From a virus (taxonomy: Duplodnaviria > Caudoviricetes), in IMG/VR virus record IMGVR_UViG_3300037789_000065, positions 1 through 25,530 of that record: DNA of 25,530 nucleotides. The stretch is one strand, 5' to 3'. The notes beneath the pieces were generated by a model, which worked only from the letters and a program-made list of their open reading frames with translations, was not told the DNA's origin and searched no databases. The position numbers and the translations under genes are program-made. Shown one piece after another: positions 16,559 through 23,980 of this stretch (positions within the stretch are counted from its first letter, which is position 1; every line of letters begins with the position of its first letter).

Positions 16559-19311
16559 GCACTAATTTTGAACGAAAAATCGCATCTGAAAAACTGAAAG
16601 AACAAGAACTCACAAACTTCGAGCCGTCGAAAGCGGGTTCAGGCGGCACTGTAGTTGTGAACGGCGGGCCGGTGCGTGAAGACGATGTAAAAGATGTGTG
16701 GTGGAAAGATTGGGGTCACACAATCAACCAGCATTTTGAAATGCGTTCTCACTCTTCGACACTGAGATATATAAAACTTTTGGCGGCTGACATTGCGAAT
16801 GATGAAATATCTGTCAAAATCAATCCGTCTGACTTTGCGCACCACCTCGTCCGTTGTCCTGTTTCCTCAAACCCTCTCAAAGTGAACATTGTTTTTGAGA
16901 AACCGCAGGGCGTTCCGAGTGACCAAAAAAGAGAATTGACGGCCGCAGAAGAGGCTGACCCGGAAATTGTCGGATACCGTCACCGTGTCTGGACTTCATT
17001 TGTTGAGTTCTATCACCCGAGTCCTGATCAATCGATTTACCCGGATTCAAACTTTATTCCCGTGAAGACATATCGCGATGAAGCCGCGTCGGCGCCGCTT
17101 TATGATGACCCGCCGCTTGACCCGCCTCGTGACCACTACCACGACAACGGGTTTTCGATGTGGATCGATTTGGAGGGATCGCCGTATGTTGTTGGTGAAA
17201 ACGGAACAGCCACACTGTTCATGATTCAATACAATGAGCGCTACGGTAAAGCACTCATCACACCGCTTGCGCGCGGTGTTGAAATTCCTGATCCACTCAA
17301 TCCAGGCCAGGGTTCAACAGAGGAAAACGACGCAACCGCTGACGACGACGAAAATACAGAATCCGACAAGAATCCGTGGGATGACGATCCAGAGGCACCG
17401 GCACCTGGCGAGCCGCCGTCTTCTCTTGTTCCGTCTGAACCCGGAGACACGACAGACTACACATACGGCGGCATCGCTGTCACAAAGCCGACTTTGTCAA
17501 TTGGAGATGTTTTCGCGCTCCACGCAGATGGCATTTCGTTCAGCACAAACGGCGGCATGACCTGGGCTTTCAAGGACCTTTCAGATCCACGCTTTGGAAC
17601 GCTTGTCGATTTTGCAGTGAGCAAGAGATACGGTCTTTGGCTCCTCAATAGTGATGGCGAGGTGTTCTGGCGCTCACCGTCTGGCGCCATGGTCACGCTT
17701 GATTATAGCGACAACTTCGCGCCCGGAGATATCGAAGTGACCGACCAAATCACGAACGGGGACTTTGAAACCGGTGATTTGACCGGATGGACTTTGCTCG
17801 ACGGCGACGAACCGCGCGTGCTTCAAACACAGCAGCCGCCGCAAATGCCTGGATCAACTTATTATCTGACCCGCGACTGGGCTATTATCAGTCCGCAGGA
17901 TTTTAAGATTGCTCAAAATGTGACGCTCGCAGCTGAGCAGCAAAATGTTCGTCTCGCAGTCGATTATTTTTCCAGAAATAATGATATTGCAAAAATATCA
18001 CTACGCAATTTTGCGAAGAAGCTCGCGACACCGAATGGGACAAACAGCTTCTCTGGAAACACTTGCGCTGACTTTGCGACAAGCCCGTCCGGTGAGCTCC
18101 TGGATCTTGTTTCACTGAACGGGCAGACTGCAGGCATTGATGGTGTTTCGAGTGGCAGCAATCTGTTTTACAGACTTCAACTGAGATATAAAAATGGCAC
18201 CCCGTATGATGGGCCTTGGTTCATGCCGATGGGCAACTTGAACCCAAACAGTGAGTGGATGGATGTCGATAACAACCTCTTCATAGACTACATCATCGCA
18301 CCGGGCGACTCTGCTGCGACACCAGCTCCGGCCGGTGAGCCAAACAGAACGCGCTTCTATTCGAACAACGGCGGAATTCTTGATATGGGCCTGGTTGTTG
18401 GTCAGCCCACAATCGAGTTCGATTTGAGAACTCTTGGCGGTGCCTTTGACATCACCCAAGATCTCACAAATGACGGCTACTATGGCTCAAATATTGCAAG
18501 CGCTCAGTCATCAGGAAACACGATCAACAACTGGAAAACACTTGAAATCGATCTCGATGATGTTGGAGGCGGTGAAGTCGAGCTTGTTCTCGAAGCCATT
18601 TCTGTCAACGGCTACGGCGATGTCTGGTTTGATAATGTCAGACTGACCTCAATTCAAGTCGGTGCTGAGCCTGTGCCAACACCATCGGCTATCGCGGCAG
18701 GTCAGCTGGGGCCAGATGTCTACATCGGCGACATGCATATCTATGACGGGCCAGAGCAAGAAATTTTCACACCAGGCTTCGAAAATGTATATGCAGCAGA
18801 AAATCACAGCCTTTATCGCATCGCTGCCGACACACAGGGCGCCTGGTTCCAGTCCGACACGGTTGAGTGGTCACTGTTCGCATCTGGAAGCATCTCAGAC
18901 GTCATCGCTGGCCCGCTCACGGCTGCAATCGACTTTGACGGCACACTTTATCTTGCTGACCGTGTGAATGGCGGCGGATTGTCGGATCATGGAGCCGGTG
19001 CTGGCCACAAGATTTCCGGCGACTTCCTGCGCGATGGTATCCTTCACACGCACTCAACAGACGGCACGACAAAGCTGTTCAAGAAGTCTGACTTCTCTTT
19101 TGCTGCATACGCTCAGCAACCCGTTGAAGCAGCAGCTGATGAGCGTCGTTCCATCTGTTTGGATATCGGCCGCTACATCGGCTTCAACATCGGCAACCGT
19201 GACATTTATTGGACAGACACGCCGCAAACTGAGTGGAAACTCGGCGGCTCGCTTTACAAGCCAATTTTGAAAATGGTTGAAGTTCGTGACAACTTAAATA
19301 TCACCAGATAA
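16555..19311 (+). CDS. Large tail/receptor-binding protein (Asp-box/propeller-like region plus carbohydrate-binding jelly-roll motifs)
   Basis: 918 aa, last tail gene before a terminator; Asp-box-like SFSTNGGMTW; ITNGDFETGDLTGW...VWFDNVRL; acidic Pro-rich linker. Confidence 0.65.
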   Translation: MSTNFERKIASEKLKEQELTNFEPSKAGSGGTVVVNGGPVREDDVKDVWWKDWGHTINQHFEMRSHSSTLRYIKLLAADIANDEISVKINPSDFAHHLVRCPVSSNPLKVNIVFEKPQGVPSDQKRELTAAEEADPEIVGYRHRVWTSFVEFYHPSPDQSIYPDSNFIPVKTYRDEAASAPLYDDPPLDPPRDHYHDNGFSMWIDLEGSPYVVGENGTATLFMIQYNERYGKALITPLARGVEIPDPLNPGQGSTEENDATADDDENTESDKNPWDDDPEAPAPGEPPSSLVPSEPGDTTDYTYGGIAVTKPTLSIGDVFALHADGISFSTNGGMTWAFKDLSDPRFGTLVDFAVSKRYGLWLLNSDGEVFWRSPSGAMVTLDYSDNFAPGDIEVTDQITNGDFETGDLTGWTLLDGDEPRVLQTQQPPQMPGSTYYLTRDWAIISPQDFKIAQNVTLAAEQQNVRLAVDYFSRNNDIAKISLRNFAKKLATPNGTNSFSGNTCADFATSPSGELLDLVSLNGQTAGIDGVSSGSNLFYRLQLRYKNGTPYDGPWFMPMGNLNPNSEWMDVDNNLFIDYIIAPGDSAATPAPAGEPNRTRFYSNNGGILDMGLVVGQPTIEFDLRTLGGAFDITQDLTNDGYYGSNIASAQSSGNTINNWKTLEIDLDDVGGGEVELVLEAISVNGYGDVWFDNVRLTSIQVGAEPVPTPSAIAAGQLGPDVYIGDMHIYDGPEQEIFTPGFENVYAAENHSLYRIAADTQGAWFQSDTVEWSLFASGSISDVIAGPLTAAIDFDGTLYLADRVNGGGLSDHGAGAGHKISGDFLRDGILHTHSTDGTTKLFKKSDFSFAAYAQQPVEAAADERRSICLDIGRYIGFNIGNRDIYWTDTPQTEWKLGGSLYKPILKMVEVRDNLNITR

Positions 19312-19313
19312 AG

Positions 19314-19348
19314 AAAAAAAATTGGCCTCATAATTTGGGGCCTTTTTT
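19314..19348 (+). terminator. Rho-independent terminator, probably bidirectional, ending the tail operon
   Basis: A-run 19314-19321, GGCCTCA 19324-19330 pairs with TGGGGCC 19336-19342 (one G-U), T-run 19343-19348. Confidence 0.75.
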
Positions 19349-19393
19349 ATTTTTTCCTATTTGCTTTTTAGATAAAGCATAAGGGAAGAAGAT

Positions 19394-20251
19394 TTGCTTG
19401 GTGAAATTTTAGAGTTCAAGAAACCACAGAAATTACTTGTGCTTTCTGACACACATTTGTCGCAAGAAAGCGGCCAAAAGCAGCACGATCTCGTCGCTGC
19501 TATTTCTGATGAAATATGGGATGAGCAACCCGATCATGTTGCTCACTTGGGGGATTTGGGGGATTTCCCAGGTCTTCTTGAATATCGTGGCTCAACACTT
19601 GCGGGCGGCGACGGTCGAGACGAAAACCTTGACCTGGTCGGCGACTTTGAAGCGTTTAAATCTGGCCTGGCCGCACTCAAAAGACGCTTCAATTTCGAAA
19701 AAGAAAGAAACAGAAAAAACCGCCGCAATGACAGAACACCAAACATTCAATGGCACATGATGTTCGGAAATCACGAAAACAAAATCTTTGAGCTGGCCGC
19801 AAAATACAAAGTTTTGAGACGCCTCCCCTATCTCCCAGAATTTAATCTATCGCAAATGTGTCTCGATGAAGGTTGGACACCATATCCATTTTTGGAACCT
19901 CTGACAATTAATGGATTGACGATGCAGCACTATTTCCAAGGTCTCAACAAAAAAGTCGCGCTCGGTATGGCTTCGGTCCGTCGTGAAAACGGCGGGTCTT
20001 CTCTTTTTGGGCACACGCATCGTCAAGAGGTCATCAACTGGAATGATCCACATATGCGTTCACGTCACATCATCAATACGGGCTGCACAATCCATCCAGA
20101 TTCTCTTGTGAAAATGAAAGCGCGGCACGCACGCTCCGGCATCCTCATCATCGAAAATCTTGAAGACGGAATGTTCACGCACCGCTGGATCCCATCAGAA
20201 ATCCTGCTCCGGAAATATTACGAGAAAAACGGGGGTCTTCTTGCGGCATGA
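19394..20251 (+). CDS. Calcineurin-like metallophosphoesterase
   Basis: All five motifs present: SDTH, HLGDLGD, GNHE, QH, GHTH; TTG start after AAGGGAAG. Confidence 0.9.
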   Translation: MLGEILEFKKPQKLLVLSDTHLSQESGQKQHDLVAAISDEIWDEQPDHVAHLGDLGDFPGLLEYRGSTLAGGDGRDENLDLVGDFEAFKSGLAALKRRFNFEKERNRKNRRNDRTPNIQWHMMFGNHENKIFELAAKYKVLRRLPYLPEFNLSQMCLDEGWTPYPFLEPLTINGLTMQHYFQGLNKKVALGMASVRRENGGSSLFGHTHRQEVINWNDPHMRSRHIINTGCTIHPDSLVKMKARHARSGILIIENLEDGMFTHRWIPSEILLRKYYEKNGGLLAA

Positions 20252-20763
20252 GTAAATTGACGAAGAGGGAAAAAGACAGACTGATTTCAGAAAATTATAA
20301 TTTTATTTGCTCCATCGCGACAACTGAATGGAAAAAAAATAAATGGCTTGATAGAGATGACTTTATTCAAGAAGCAAGTATGTGTGCTTTCACCGAGCTT
20401 GAAAAATACGATCCGGATGTCGCAGGTTTCGGTGCGTTTATAAAAAGAAGAATTGAGCTCCATCTTGGTCATTTTGTCAGATCAAATTTGCGATCAGAAA
20501 AAAGAGTCGAAACTGCTGCTGAAATTTATCAAATGATAAGCGAAAACAGAGAGCAGTGCATTGAAGAAAAGATTGATGACAAAGTATCACTCGATCTTTT
20601 TGATGATTTTCCAACCGTCAAAAAGAGACTTATGGGACACACTATTGTCGATATGGCAAAGGTTGAGAAAGTGGCTCCCTCAACAGTCTATCGAAGGATG
20701 CAGAAAGAGAAAGGCGAAATGCTTAAAACTCAGCGCAAACAAAAGAGTGATGGCGGGCAATAA
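20248..20763 (+). CDS. Phage-encoded sigma-70-family RNA polymerase sigma factor (regions 2 and 4 only)
   Basis: Region 2-like KDRLISENYNFICSIA...DRDDFIQEA...EKYDPD..GFGAFIKRRI....GHFVR; region 4.2-like HTH GHTIVDMAKVEKVAPSTVYRR; 171 aa. Confidence 0.8.
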   Translation: MSKLTKREKDRLISENYNFICSIATTEWKKNKWLDRDDFIQEASMCAFTELEKYDPDVAGFGAFIKRRIELHLGHFVRSNLRSEKRVETAAEIYQMISENREQCIEEKIDDKVSLDLFDDFPTVKKRLMGHTIVDMAKVEKVAPSTVYRRMQKEKGEMLKTQRKQKSDGGQ

Positions 20764-20772
20764 TAGAGAAAC
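20734..20772 (+). promoter_or_regulatory. Late-promoter motif copy 6 (3' end of the sigma gene, upstream of the lysis cassette)
   Basis: CGCAAA 20734-20739, 15-nt spacer, GGGCAATAATA 20755-20765 (contains the sigma TAA), then GAGAAAC. Confidence 0.8.
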
Positions 20773-20788
20773 GCGAGGGTTTCTCTAT
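20763..20788 (+). promoter_or_regulatory. Hairpin sequestering the endolysin translation start
   Basis: ATAGAGAAAC 20763-20772 pairs with GTTTCTCTAT 20779-20788; loop GCGAGG holds the SD and the 3' arm includes the AT of ATG 20787. Confidence 0.7.
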
Positions 20789-21548
20789 GATTAAATATGC
20801 GCAAACTGTTCTTGATGTGACAGCAGACGGAAAAATTGGTCCGATTACACTTTCTGCTGCTGAAAAGGTTAAATCAAAAATCAAAAACTGGGCTTCTATG
20901 TCTGATGAGCGTCGTGTCATTTCTGCCGCTCAGGTCATTTTGAATGATGCCGGTTTTGAAGCTGGCCTTGTAGATGGATACTGGGGTCACAACACTGGCA
21001 ACGCATATGATGACTACAATGGCAACCTGGGAACCATCGACCGGACAGAAGAGAAGACGGCTCCTGCCTCGTCTCTCGTGTTTCCTCGTCAGCGTGATAT
21101 GGAATCTTTTTACGGTGCGGCCGGGTCTTCCAGAGCAACGGCAGGGAAAGCAATCCTGCCATTTCCATTTGTCATCGCTTGGAACACAAGCCAGTCTGTA
21201 AGTCGCTTCTCTTGTCATGAGCTCGTCGCGGCTCCTATGACAGCCATTTTTACAGAATCCGCAAGACACTACGGAGAAGACGAATTTCGTCGTTTGCGCC
21301 TGGACCGTTTCGGAGGCTGCTATAACAACCGTAAAATGCGGGGCGGATCATCTAAATCTACCCACGCATGCGGCATCGCGGTAGATCTTGATCCTGAAAA
21401 CAACCAGCTAAAATGGGGTCGTGATAGGGCGTCGTTTGCTCGACCTGAGTATGAACCGTTTTGGAAAATTGTCGAATCACACGGCGCGATTTCGCTTGGC
21501 CGTGAGAAGAACTTTGATTGGATGCATTTTCAGTTTGCGCGACTTTAA
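20787..21548 (+). CDS. Endolysin: N-terminal peptidoglycan-binding-like repeats plus M15 (L-Ala-D-Glu-type) Zn peptidase
   Basis: ADGKIGPIT and VDGYWGHNT PG-binding motifs; GCYNNRKMRG...STHACGIAVD...DWMHFQ (His, Asp, His ligands). Confidence 0.92.
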   Translation: MIKYAQTVLDVTADGKIGPITLSAAEKVKSKIKNWASMSDERRVISAAQVILNDAGFEAGLVDGYWGHNTGNAYDDYNGNLGTIDRTEEKTAPASSLVFPRQRDMESFYGAAGSSRATAGKAILPFPFVIAWNTSQSVSRFSCHELVAAPMTAIFTESARHYGEDEFRRLRLDRFGGCYNNRKMRGGSSKSTHACGIAVDLDPENNQLKWGRDRASFARPEYEPFWKIVESHGAISLGREKNFDWMHFQFARL

Positions 21549-21573
21549 TGAATATAAAAACAAGAAAGGGCGC

Positions 21574-21921
21574 ATGATGCTTACAAAAATATCAGAAGAA
21601 ACGGCTTGGTTCGCAGGAAGTCTTGTGTGCGCAGTCATAATCAAATTGCTATATGAAGATCCCACTAAAGAAACTGTAACACGCCGTCAAAAGGCGTTCT
21701 CAGTTTTTAGCGGCGTTTTTCTTGCTGTTTTTGGAACTGAAACTGTTGCTGAATTTACAAACGTATCTTCATTTAAAGGTATAGCTCTTGTTGCTGCTGG
21801 CATAAGTTTGACTGGCGACCATTTCATGCGCCTCTTCATTTCAGCCGGTCCAAAATTGTCTGAGCAAGTTATGGAAAAAATCTATCGAGCGTTTGGGGGT
21901 GACTCAAATGATCAAAATTAA
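21574..21921 (+). CDS. Putative holin (three hydrophobic segments)
   Basis: Follows endolysin; AWFAGSLVCAVIIKLLY, AFSVFSGVFLAVFG, GIALVAAGISLTG; SD AAGGG 21566-21570; start ATG 21574 or 21577 rather than ORF-track 21421. Confidence 0.7.
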   Translation: MMLTKISEETAWFAGSLVCAVIIKLLYEDPTKETVTRRQKAFSVFSGVFLAVFGTETVAEFTNVSSFKGIALVAAGISLTGDHFMRLFISAGPKLSEQVMEKIYRAFGGDSNDQN

Positions 21922-22324
21922 ATCATTTTTTTGGCCGATTTTGATTTTTTGGGCGCTTGTTCTCGACTTTGGAAAAATTGAGGGCACGCTGTTTCCTGTG
22001 GTCAATCCAGCTTATGACATTGTCGCTATTTCGGACGGAAAGGGCGGCACGATTTTGTCGGGTAAGTTCTACAAAAATAGAATGTGTTCGCCGCTCAAAA
22101 TGGACTGGAAAAAAGGCGCGCGCGGAGATGAAATCACGCCGCCTATTCGCGTTGTGTGGGGCAAGCCAGTGACCAGGCTCGACGGAACACAAGAGTTTCA
22201 CGGCTGGGTTTTGAATGCAGAACCCGATGTCGTTTTGAATGACAGTTTTTCTGACGTTCTCCACAAATGCAGCTTCCTGGGATTTGAAGTTCCGTGGGAA
22301 ACTCGGACAAAGTTTTACAAGTAA
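21908..22324 (+). CDS. Lysis-cassette membrane-anchored protein, function unknown
   Basis: N-terminal hydrophobic stretch FFWPILIFWALVL, then a beta-rich domain with two Cys; SD GGGGGT 21895-21900. Confidence 0.65.
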   Translation: MIKIKSFFWPILIFWALVLDFGKIEGTLFPVVNPAYDIVAISDGKGGTILSGKFYKNRMCSPLKMDWKKGARGDEITPPIRVVWGKPVTRLDGTQEFHGWVLNAEPDVVLNDSFSDVLHKCSFLGFEVPWETRTKFYK

Positions 22325-22353
22325 CACTCAAAGAAGCAGCGAGGTAACGCAAG

Positions 22354-22464
22354 ATGAGTAAAGAAAAGATTATAAAAACAGTCAAAGAGGCATACGCAAA
22401 AATGCCGAAAAATGTGGCGGTCATCGTTGCGTTTGTCGCTGGCCTTGTGCTGGGGAGTTTGTGA
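22354..22464 (+). CDS. Small 36-aa membrane protein (not in the ORF track)
   Basis: MSKEKIIKTVKEAYAKMPKNVAVIVAFVAGLVLGSL; SD GAGGT 22341-22345; TGA overlaps the next ATG (TGATG). Confidence 0.7.
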   Translation: MSKEKIIKTVKEAYAKMPKNVAVIVAFVAGLVLGSL

Positions 22465-22856
22465 TGGGTGGCTTTATTGCAAGATACCTCGGAGGCGCGT
22501 TGTTTAAGCGCGCCATCACAGGGTTTGGCCTGAAAAACTGGCTGAGACTTGGTGCAGCGGCGGTTGTCGTTGCGGCGGGTTATTTTCTCTATTCGCAGTA
22601 TCAATCCGGACAAGCCGCGAAAGTCGAAGTCGAGCGGCTTGAACAGCTTATCGAGCGCGAACGCGAGCAGGCGAAAGAGACGCTGGAAACGCGCACAGAA
22701 GATCTTCAAGCACAAAGTGAGATGTTTCAGCGTCAACTCGAAAGAGAGAAAGAAGATCATGTCGCGCGCGAAGAGTTTCAAAAGAAGCTCGAAGAAATTG
22801 AAGCAAGCCCGATCAGCGACTTACTCAGAGATACACTGCAGGAGGTGTTCCCATGA
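22464..22856 (+). CDS. Putative inner-membrane spanin (Rz-like)
   Basis: TM segment WLRLGAAAVVVAAGYFLY followed by a long Glu/Gln/Arg coiled coil; position in the lysis cassette. Confidence 0.7.
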   Translation: MGGFIARYLGGALFKRAITGFGLKNWLRLGAAAVVVAAGYFLYSQYQSGQAAKVEVERLEQLIEREREQAKETLETRTEDLQAQSEMFQRQLEREKEDHVAREEFQKKLEEIEASPISDLLRDTLQEVFP

Positions 22857-23194
22857 AAGGATTTTTGAAAAACACAAGAGGTGACGGCGGTGCGACAGCC
22901 GCGATTTTGCTTTTGCTCTTTGGTGCTGGGATTTGTGCCGCGAATGACTGCTTCAAGAAAAACGGCAAGAAGTATGAGCTGACACCGCCCCCTGCTGCGT
23001 GCGTGCAGCTTCCACCTGCTGCATTCTCGCCTGAAAAGCGTCCAAGCGTGGGCGGGCGTGAGATGAACGACAAGACGGCAGCTCTCATCATCTCAGACGC
23101 GGGCCGTGTGATCGTGCGTTACGAGAACCGGTTCTTCGACCTGGCCGCGCTTGAAAAGAAGCGTGTCGAGCTCGGGTGCTTGTCTGCGCGGTGA
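22853..23194 (+). CDS. Putative outer-membrane spanin (Rz1-like) or lipoprotein
   Basis: ATGA-coupled to the i-spanin; SD GGAGG; hydrophobic signal AAILLLLFGAGIC; Pro-rich TPPPAACVQLPP; lipobox is non-canonical. Confidence 0.5.
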   Translation: MKGFLKNTRGDGGATAAILLLLFGAGICAANDCFKKNGKKYELTPPPAACVQLPPAAFSPEKRPSVGGREMNDKTAALIISDAGRVIVRYENRFFDLAALEKKRVELGCLSAR

Positions 23195-23414
23195 TGTCGA
23201 TGGTTCAGTTCTTCATCATAGAGCGGATGGGGCCTTTGATCATCTGGATCCCAACAGACTGGCACTCATGCCTCATGGCTTTTGAGTGTGTCAAGATTGT
23301 GGCGATTTGAGTGAATTTAGGTCTTTTTGTGGCTTTCCTTTCCTTGGGCCGAAAAAAAATTTCATCCACGGCATCGGGCCGCGGTGGTCCGGTGACAACT
23401 GAAAAGGAAAGACT

Positions 23415-23783
23415 ATGAACTTGGAACTCATTGGCGCAATGAATCGGTGCAATGAAATAATCGACAACCTCAAAACAAAAGGCTGTGATGTAAAAGTTGA
23501 GCATTCTGCTTTCTCAATATGTCCGCTCACCGGAAGAACGTTTTCACACATCACATTTTCACTGAAAACGAGTGAAGGAATTTCGATGCACGAAGTCAAT
23601 GTTGAGCCGAAAACAAAGTGGGGACGACATCTCGTTGCAGCGAACTTGTTCTTGAATATGGCAGACATGGACCACTGCTGGAAAACTTACCAGCCACATC
23701 CGGACACTGAATATATGATTTACACAGCTATAACTCGGTATATTGAAGAGTGCGGCAAAAGAAAAAGGAACAAGCGCAAGTGA
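23415..23783 (+). CDS. Hypothetical protein (122 aa)
   Basis: SD AAGGA upstream of the ATG; stop overlaps the next start (GTGA 23780-23783). Confidence 0.6.
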   Translation: MNLELIGAMNRCNEIIDNLKTKGCDVKVEHSAFSICPLTGRTFSHITFSLKTSEGISMHEVNVEPKTKWGRHLVAANLFLNMADMDHCWKTYQPHPDTEYMIYTAITRYIEECGKRKRNKRK

Positions 23784-23980
23784 TTGACGCGGCACGCATA
23801 GAAAGCGCGCTTGACTACATAGCGCAGTGCATCGCAGCGGGAGACGAAAGTCTCCTGCCCATATTCGAGCGTCTCGACAAAGAGCTCGAAGAAAGACAGA
23901 AAGAAAATCCAGCACTTGCAAAAGCCTTGGCCCGAGTTAATCGGGCGAAGGCAGGCTCAGCCGCTCAACCGGCAATGTGA
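23780..23980 (+). CDS. Small helical hypothetical protein convergent with the integrase
   Basis: GTG 23780 after AAGGA 23765-23769; RIESALDYIA...LLPIFERLDKELEER amphipathic helices (ORF track starts at 23750). Confidence 0.65.
   Translation: MIDAARIESALDYIAQCIAAGDESLLPIFERLDKELEERQKENPALAKALARVNRAKAGSAAQPAM

Noticed and set aside
13471-19311. Diversity-generating retroelement or invertible tail-fibre cassette
   Set aside because: No reverse transcriptase or invertase, and I saw no template/variable repeat pair in the window
2755-20772. Repeated motif considered as CRISPR repeats, REP elements or repressor operators
   Set aside because: Copies are kilobases apart, non-palindromic, on one strand only and have a variable fixed-length spacer, which fits promoter architecture better
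21421-21573. ORF-track N-terminal extension of the holin
   Set aside because: Overlaps the endolysin catalytic region; the SD lies at 21566-21570
23194-23310. 38-aa + ORF (MSMVQFFIIERMGPLIIWIP...) TGATG-coupled to the o-spanin candidate
   Set aside because: No SD or recognisable features; coupling alone is not enough to call it, though it cannot be excluded
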